Below, piece by piece: positions 26,241 to 31,722 of a DNA stretch of 31,722 bases. Positions within the stretch are counted from its first letter, which is position 1; each line of letters begins with the position of its first letter. Below the pieces are notes generated by a model. It made no database searches and had not been told where the DNA came from. It worked only from the letters and a program-made list of their open reading frames with translations. The position numbers and the translations under genes are program-made. Origin of the DNA: Gammaproteobacteria bacterium (GTDB lineage Bacteria > Pseudomonadota > Gammaproteobacteria > PS1 > Pseudothioglobaceae); assembly GCA_003489145.1 (NCBI GenBank), contig DNJI01000069.1, positions 1 through 31,722 on the forward strand, written 5' to 3'.

Positions 26241-26775
26241 CAATAAAGACATCTCGATAATATTTTAACTGCTTAATAGAATCGTGAGTATCTGATAACG
26301 CCAAGTGTGCAGATTTTCCTTCTCGTACCATTTTAACTTCGGGCTTCCAGCGCACGACTAACTCTGTAAGAGTGGTGACATCAATGTGTCGATAATGAAA
26401 GAATTGCTCTAGTGTGGGCATGTAGTTGTATAAAAAACGCCTATCTTGGCAAATGCTATTGCCACACATCGGCGAGACGCCTGGGTTGACATATTTTTGT
26501 AAAAAATCAAGGGTTTGGATTTCAGCTTGTTTGGTGGAAATCTCACTGTCTTTAACGCGTTGTACCAGTCCAGAGTTTCCATGATGTTCAGTATTCCATT
26601 CATCCATACCAGCCAGGATTGTACTGCTTTGATGAATAGCCAATGCCGGGCCTTCGGCCAATACGTTAAGGTCCTTGTCAGTCACAATGGTTGCGATTTC
26701 AATAATGACGTCTTTTTCTGGCAATAAGCCCGTCATTTCTAAATCGATCCAAATTAGGTTAGTGTCTTTATCCAT
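26233..26775 (-). CDS. orn: Oligoribonuclease
   Basis: '[11 protein letters not shown]', '[14 protein letters not shown]', '[12 protein letters not shown]', 'HLALSD' (DEDDh residues present); start placed at ATG 26775. Confidence 0.93.
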
Positions 26776-26797
26776 TTTTAAGTTCCTTGAGTGTGTT

Positions 26798-27817
26798 TTA
26801 GCAGCCAGTCGATTCACGAACGAAGTCGTCTAATTTTTGGTGGGCAGAGCCACCATTTAAAATTTCAAGTGCCGTTTTGATGCCGGCTTGTAATGATTTT
26901 GCCATGCCAGAGACGTAGATGGCAGCACCTGAATTTAGTGCAATAATGTTTTTAGCAGCGCCGTCTTTACCATCGAGTGCTTGTTGGATAAGTACCAAAG
27001 AGCTATCTGCATCATCGGCTTTAATGTCATTCAAATCACCTAAAGGCAGGCCGAATTCTGCAGGGTTGATGGTGTAAGTGGTTACTGCACCGTCTTTTAA
27101 TTCTGCAACATAGGTGTCATCTGCAATGGAGATTTCATCCAAGCCGTCTTTAGAATGCACCACCATGACATGTTTAGACCCAAGGCTTTTAAGTACATTG
27201 GCAATAGGCTCGACTAAATTTTTGTCATACACACCCATAATTTGATGCGGTGCTTTTGCTGGGTTGGTGAGCGGGCCCAGTACATTAAAAATAGTGCGTA
27301 CTGCCAAATCTTTACGTGCGCCGATTGCATGCTTCATGGCTGAATGGTGTGCCGGTGCAAACATAAAGCCAACGCCAATTTTTTCAACACACTTGCTGAT
27401 CTTTTCAGGGCTCATGTTGAGGTTTACGCCTGCTGCTTCTAAAACATCGGCACTACCTGATTTAGAAGAAATAGAGCGGTTACCATGTTTAGCAACTTGG
27501 CCACCCGCTGCCGCAACAACAAAAGCACAGGCGGTTGAGATATTAAACAGACCTAAGCCATCACCACCGGTACCACAAGTGTCGACCAAATATTTTGGGT
27601 GGTAGATTTGCACACCGGTTGCTAATGAGCGCATCACTTTTGCTGCAGCGGTAATCTCAGCAACTGTTTCTCCCTTCATGGATAAACCCACTAAAAAACC
27701 ACCAATTTGCGCATCGGTGGTTTTACCGGTCATGATGTCACTCATCACGGCGTGCATTTCGTTTTCAGTTAGATCTTGTTTGTTGATTACTGCTTTAATT
27801 GCTTGCTGTATATTCAT
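26798..27817 (-). CDS. trpD: Anthranilate phosphoribosyltransferase
   Basis: '[10 protein letters not shown]', 'FNIST', '[18 protein letters not shown]', '[13 protein letters not shown]', 'DGLDEIS'. Confidence 0.97.
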   Translation of the reverse strand: MNIQQAIKAVINKQDLTENEMHAVMSDIMTGKTTDAQIGGFLVGLSMKGETVAEITAAAKVMRSLATGVQIYHPKYLVDTCGTGGDGLGLFNISTACAFVVAAAGGQVAKHGNRSISSKSGSADVLEAAGVNLNMSPEKISKCVEKIGVGFMFAPAHHSAMKHAIGARKDLAVRTIFNVLGPLTNPAKAPHQIMGVYDKNLVEPIANVLKSLGSKHVMVVHSKDGLDEISIADDTYVAELKDGAVTTYTINPAEFGLPLGDLNDIKADDADSSLVLIQQALDGKDGAAKNIIALNSGAAIYVSGMAKSLQAGIKTALEILNGGSAHQKLDDFVRESTGC

Positions 27818-29037
27818 TTTTCTCTCATTAATGATTCTATATCGTCAATTTCTTTAACCAATGCGCCAGTTAATACTGTGTTTCCACTGTTAGTGATTAA
27901 CACATCGTCTTCAATTCTGATGCCAATGTCCCAATAAATTGGGTTGATTTTATCATCCTTGCGAATATAAATGCCTGGTTCGACAGTGGTAACCATGCCT
28001 ATTTCATATTGTCGATGTTGGTCGTTTTTTTGATAGGCGCCTACATCATGCACATCAAGCCCAAGATAGTGTCCTGTGCCATGCATATAGAATTGTGATA
28101 GGTCACCATCAGCTTGTAAGATGCCTAAATCAACCAACCCTTGTTGAATGACATGAGTGGCAATTTGATGAGGTTTCACCACCACCACCCCTGGTTTGAT
28201 ACTTTCAATGGCAGCCAATTGAGCATCGAGTACAATCTGGTAGATTTGTCGTTGCGCTGCGCTAAACGTGCCGTTCACTGGAAAAGTACGGGTAATATCT
28301 GAGGCGTAGCCTTCAACCTCACAGCCAGCGTCAATCAATAATAAATCGCCGTCATTTAAAATTTTGTTGTTTTCAATATAGTGCAACACACAGGCGTTTT
28401 CACCGCCAGCGACAATCGGTGTGTAGGCATGCTCTGCATTATTTTTTCTAAATTCAGCATCAAACACACTTGCCACTTCGAATTCAAATAAATCAGCGCG
28501 TGTTTGCCGCATGGCCAATTGGTGTGCATTAACAGAAATATCGGCTGCTTTTTGCATGAGCTCGATTTCTCCATCACTCTTAATCAAACGCATTTCATGT
28601 ACGTAAGATGCTAAAGATTGGTATTGAGTTTTTGGTAAGTATGCGATGATTTCATCGTCCAAAGTACAAGGCTTAAAATCATAATACAGCGTTGTTGCAT
28701 CTGCAATTAATTTTGGTAATTGTGTTTTTAACTCATCAATAGAATAAGCTTTATCTGCCTTTAATGCTTGTGGTGCATCCGATACCCCTAGGCGTTTTCC
28801 ATCCCAAATTTCACGTGCTGGATCTTTATCTCGCAAGAAAATAGTGTAAGTGTCTTTCGAAAAAACCGCGACTGCTTGTGGCTCGGTAAAACCAGTCAAA
28901 TACCAAAAATCACTGTGTGGGCGAAAAGGATAATGCACATCGCCATTACGCAGTTGTTCTGGGTTGGTACTGATAATAACCAAGGCGCCCTCATCGAGCT
29001 GGCTTAGTAGTTCTTTTCTTCTGTTTTGATGTATCAT
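27814..29037 (-). CDS. pepP: Xaa-Pro aminopeptidase
   Basis: 'YPFRPHSDFWYLTGF', 'LLIDAG', 'YASDITRTFP', 'HGTGHYLGLDVHD', 'TVEPGIY', 'GIRIEDD'. Confidence 0.95.
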   Translation of the reverse strand: MIHQNRRKELLSQLDEGALVIISTNPEQLRNGDVHYPFRPHSDFWYLTGFTEPQAVAVFSKDTYTIFLRDKDPAREIWDGKRLGVSDAPQALKADKAYSIDELKTQLPKLIADATTLYYDFKPCTLDDEIIAYLPKTQYQSLASYVHEMRLIKSDGEIELMQKAADISVNAHQLAMRQTRADLFEFEVASVFDAEFRKNNAEHAYTPIVAGGENACVLHYIENNKILNDGDLLLIDAGCEVEGYASDITRTFPVNGTFSAAQRQIYQIVLDAQLAAIESIKPGVVVVKPHQIATHVIQQGLVDLGILQADGDLSQFYMHGTGHYLGLDVHDVGAYQKNDQHRQYEIGMVTTVEPGIYIRKDDKINPIYWDIGIRIEDDVLITNSGNTVLTGALVKEIDDIESLMREK

Positions 29038-29070
29038 TTTTGTAAACTATTTGTAGCGCATAAAGATACC

Positions 29071-29787
29071 ATGAAACATGTTCGTTTGTACCAAAATACC
29101 CTTTTGAATATTGGCGAAGAATTAACGCTAGATGACTACGCCTCTCATCACTTGATCAAGGTGTTGCGTTTTCCACAGGGGCAAAATGTGACTTTATTTA
29201 ATGGCGATGGATTTAATTACACCGCCAAGGTGCTTCAGGTCAAAAAGTCTTGTGTGGTTGAGCTATTAAATAAAGAAGAAAATCCGTCTGAATCAAAGCT
29301 TAATCTTACTTTGGCACAAGGGGTGGCTAAAGGCGAAAAAATGGATTTCTTAATACAGAAGGCGGTCGAACTTGGTGTGAATAAAATCATCCCTATTCTG
29401 AGCGAACGTTGTGTGGTTAAGCTCAGTGGAGATAAGCTGGTGAAGCGCACGAAGCATTGGCAAAAAATTGTCATCAGTGCTTGCGAGCAATCAGGCCGTT
29501 CAGTTATTCCAGAGATGGTTAGTCCGATTGGTTTGGATGAATTTTTACAACAACCCAGTGTTAACGGTTTTGTTCTACATCATCGATCAGAACAAACACT
29601 ATTGGATATGGCGGTAGCGAATAAAGCCACGATTTTAATTGGCCCAGAAGGTGGTTTGAGTGGGGCGGAAATTGTCCAAGCTACTCAAGCAGGCTATCAG
29701 TCGTTGTTATTAGGTTCACGCGTACTCAGAACAGAGACAGCATCTTTGGCAGCCATTGCAAACATGCAACTATTATGGGGTAGTTAG
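29071..29787 (+). CDS. rsmE: 16S rRNA m3U1498 methyltransferase
   Basis: 'HHLIKVLR', 'KGEKMDFLIQKAVELGV', 'ISACEQSGR', 'IGPEGG', 'LGSRVLRTETA'; start placed at ATG 29071. Confidence 0.95.
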   Translation: MKHVRLYQNTLLNIGEELTLDDYASHHLIKVLRFPQGQNVTLFNGDGFNYTAKVLQVKKSCVVELLNKEENPSESKLNLTLAQGVAKGEKMDFLIQKAVELGVNKIIPILSERCVVKLSGDKLVKRTKHWQKIVISACEQSGRSVIPEMVSPIGLDEFLQQPSVNGFVLHHRSEQTLLDMAVANKATILIGPEGGLSGAEIVQATQAGYQSLLLGSRVLRTETASLAAIANMQLLWGS

Positions 29788-30813
29788 GAGTTTTAGAGCG
29801 TCTTGAATTGGGCTAAGTACATTATCTAGTTTTTTACGAATGGCTGATCCTGCCAAACTGTGAGCAGAAATCGTACTCACAGCTAATCGCTCACTAACAC
29901 CAGCCAGTAGTAATCTGGCCTTAATTTTTTCATCGTCTAAGCCTAGTTTTTCTAGCACCGATTGTGCTTGATTTTGCAAACCTTCAATTTGATCTAAAGG
30001 TTGAATCATTGGGTGTGATAAGCAACTACCCAACACCTCTAGTGTGCGGTATAAAACATGTTCTTGATTGATCTTTTTTAAGATGTGCGCAATGGTCGTC
30101 AGCATGATCTGCCCTTGTTCACTACTAACACATTCTAGCTCTTTAATGCTTTTATCTAACGCGATTGTGCCGCTATTATTCGGTAAGTTGTCTTTCATTC
30201 GCTCAATAAAACCGACTAAAAATGCAGTTTTTCTTTGCCCTTGTTTCCACAATCTGTCTTTGGCTTCTTGGCTAATTAGATCGCCTTGTAATAATAAATT
30301 TGTGGTATCAATCAGTTGTGTAGTGTCGTCTGTAAAAGGCAAAAATTCTAATAAATAATTGGCGATTTCCTTACCAACTGGGTGTGCAACTACAAAATCT
30401 CGTGTGAGTAAAAATCGCCCAATTTCTGCTTGCTGATCGGTGTTGGTGGCGCACCACCAGACCAAATCTAACACTTCGTCGTTTAGATTTTGAGAGTTAG
30501 CAACAGCGACCACTGCCTCAATATTGCCAATTTTTAATAACGATCCTAAATTGTTTGAACTCACTTGACCCATTCGCGACCAACGCTTTAAGTACGATGG
30601 ATAGCCACCCATACTGCCCAGCACTTGGTTGACTAACAGTTTTTGTACGGCCTGAATATATTTACCACTATCGATATCTGGGTTAAGCGTAATGGTCTGT
30701 TCTTTCTTATCTGCTGTAAGGCCAACGACCACTAGCTTGTAAACATCAACTCGAATCGCCACGCAAGTTGAAATCAGAACATTGAGTCTAAGCGTGTCTT
30801 CAGGTGTTAGCAT
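29773..30813 (-). CDS. dsrS: DsrS-like protein (sulfur oxidation accessory protein)
   Basis: N-terminal 'LTPEDTLRLNVL', 'VLGSMGGYPSYLKRWSRMGQ', 'LLKIGNIEAVVAV', 'VWWC', 'LLEFLPF' match my recollection of the DsrS family of purple sulfur bacteria; not database-verified. Confidence 0.8.
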   Translation of the reverse strand: MLTPEDTLRLNVLISTCVAIRVDVYKLVVVGLTADKKEQTITLNPDIDSGKYIQAVQKLLVNQVLGSMGGYPSYLKRWSRMGQVSSNNLGSLLKIGNIEAVVAVANSQNLNDEVLDLVWWCATNTDQQAEIGRFLLTRDFVVAHPVGKEIANYLLEFLPFTDDTTQLIDTTNLLLQGDLISQEAKDRLWKQGQRKTAFLVGFIERMKDNLPNNSGTIALDKSIKELECVSSEQGQIMLTTIAHILKKINQEHVLYRTLEVLGSCLSHPMIQPLDQIEGLQNQAQSVLEKLGLDDEKIKARLLLAGVSERLAVSTISAHSLAGSAIRKKLDNVLSPIQDALKLLTTP

Positions 30814-31216
30814 TGAGGTAGCGGTTAAGTTGTGAGAGCGACTGAGAATCTATAGCGTCTTTAAAAACCACAACCGACTCTTTTCCGGCCTCAATTATCA
30901 CCAAAAATCGAGATTGATATGCTGGATAAAACCAAGGGTATTGCTCAGTAGACTGATTGTTTTTTTCTATTGTAATCTGCTTTTTATTTAGTGCAATTTT
31001 GGTAATTGAATCAGGCTGTGTGAGTAATACATTTTTGGGTAAGAAGTTAGCCAGCCATATGGATAAGACAAAGCTAACGCCTAAACTTAGCCAAATATTA
31101 TAAAAGTAATGCCAAACACTGAAAAGGCTTAATAAATAAACACCAACGCTGATTGCTAAATAGTTTTTCGAAGTTCTTATTTTGACAACCAGTCCATCAG
31201 ATTCGTTAGTCATCAT
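30800..31216 (-). CDS. Small membrane protein, YgfX-like
   Basis: Two N-terminal TM segments after 'IRTSKNY'; C-terminal 'VVVFKDAIDSQSLSQLNRYL' resembles the YgfX 'xxxxDSxxxxxxRxLRxxL' helix. Confidence 0.55.
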   Translation of the reverse strand: MMTNESDGLVVKIRTSKNYLAISVGVYLLSLFSVWHYFYNIWLSLGVSFVLSIWLANFLPKNVLLTQPDSITKIALNKKQITIEKNNQSTEQYPWFYPAYQSRFLVIIEAGKESVVVFKDAIDSQSLSQLNRYLNANT

Positions 31217-31722
31217 CGCCTAATTCAGTACCCATTTCTCTAGCACGGTCAAACGCAGCTCGCATTGCATGCGACACCAGCATTTCAAAATTTTGATCTT
31301 GGAATGATTCAATTGCTGCTTGTGTGGTACCATTTGGTGAGGTGACTTTGGCACGTAGTTCGCGCGCAGAATTTTCACTATTGCTGGCCATCATGCTAGC
31401 ACCAAGAGCGGTTTGAATACTCAGTTGTTCGGCAGTCTTTTCGTCCAATCCTAGGGCAACGCCTGATTTAGTCATTGATTCAATCATTAAAAAGAAATAA
31501 GCAGGGCCACTACCTGAGAGTGCAGTGACGACATCTAGCATTTTTTCATCTTCTACCCATAAGCACTCGCTTACTGCACCGAGTATTTGCTCGGATAATG
31601 CTTTTTGCTCATCGCTCACAGTTTCGTTAGCCATCATCCCTGTTGCACCTTTACCTAATAAAGCGGGTGTATTTGGCATAGTGCGTACAATGGCTGTATC
31701 ACCACCTAGCCAGCGATTAATA
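31206..31722 (-). CDS. proC: Pyrroline-5-carboxylate reductase (5' part lies outside the window)
   Basis: 'IVRTMPNTPALLGKG', 'VTALSGSGPAYFF', 'VTSPNGTTQAA', 'RAAFDRAREM'; the frame stays open to the window edge. Confidence 0.96.
   Translation of the reverse strand, partial: INRWLGGDTAIVRTMPNTPALLGKGATGMMANETVSDEQKALSEQILGAVSECLWVEDEKMLDVVTALSGSGPAYFFLMIESMTKSGVALGLDEKTAEQLSIQTALGASMMASNSENSARELRAKVTSPNGTTQAAIESFQDQNFEMLVSHAMRAAFDRAREMGTELGDDD

Noticed and set aside
26233-26400. Divergent-looking C-terminus of Orn, possible decay
   Set aside because: The frame is intact, length is normal (180 aa) and the DEDDh residues including H-x4-D are present.
29038-29070. Very short (33 bp) divergent gap between pepP and rsmE
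   Set aside because: Compact spacing is common in streamlined genomes, promoters can lie in the flanking coding DNA, and the rsmE start is uncertain.

Overview
A 31.7-kb, gene-dense, AT-rich stretch of core chromosome from a chemolithoautotrophic sulfur-oxidising gammaproteobacterium. Gene content and protein sequences suggest the SUP05/Thioglobaceae group; this is my inference, not a database result. From left to right: slyD-like PPIase, a small hypothetical, a YeeE/YedE sulfur transporter; a pyrophosphate-energy cluster (hppA, a 388-aa HIT-like orphan, adk, PPi-type pfk) facing a class 1 FBPase; a metallophosphoesterase, an SCP2-domain protein, yrfG, cysS; ahpC, rubredoxin (absent from the ORF track), leuB, glutaredoxin; a TRIC/UPF0126 membrane protein; a SoxH-like exported MBL-fold protein; nudE-aat; a small lipoprotein (absent from the ORF track), lysA-yhbY-lpxB-nadC; cysQ; tRNA-Ile2(CAT); rpoD; prs; tRNA-Gln(TTG); ispE-orn-trpD-pepP; rsmE; dsrS; a YgfX-like gene; and partial proC. 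I saw no transposase, integrase, phage gene or CRISPR array. The most unexpected signal is non-coding. Just 3' of both tRNA genes lies a symmetric element of about 100 bp: 14-bp inverted arms, 28-29 bp flanks, and a centred 27-bp core GAGYATAG-N6-CTATRTGAYTGAA (18 of 21 non-spacer bases identical between copies). The core is laid out like a Xer/dif-type tyrosine-recombinase site, with a different 6-bp spacer in each copy. Other leads are the HIT-like orphan in the PPi cluster, a palindromic in-frame insertion in cysS, and several operator-like palindromes.
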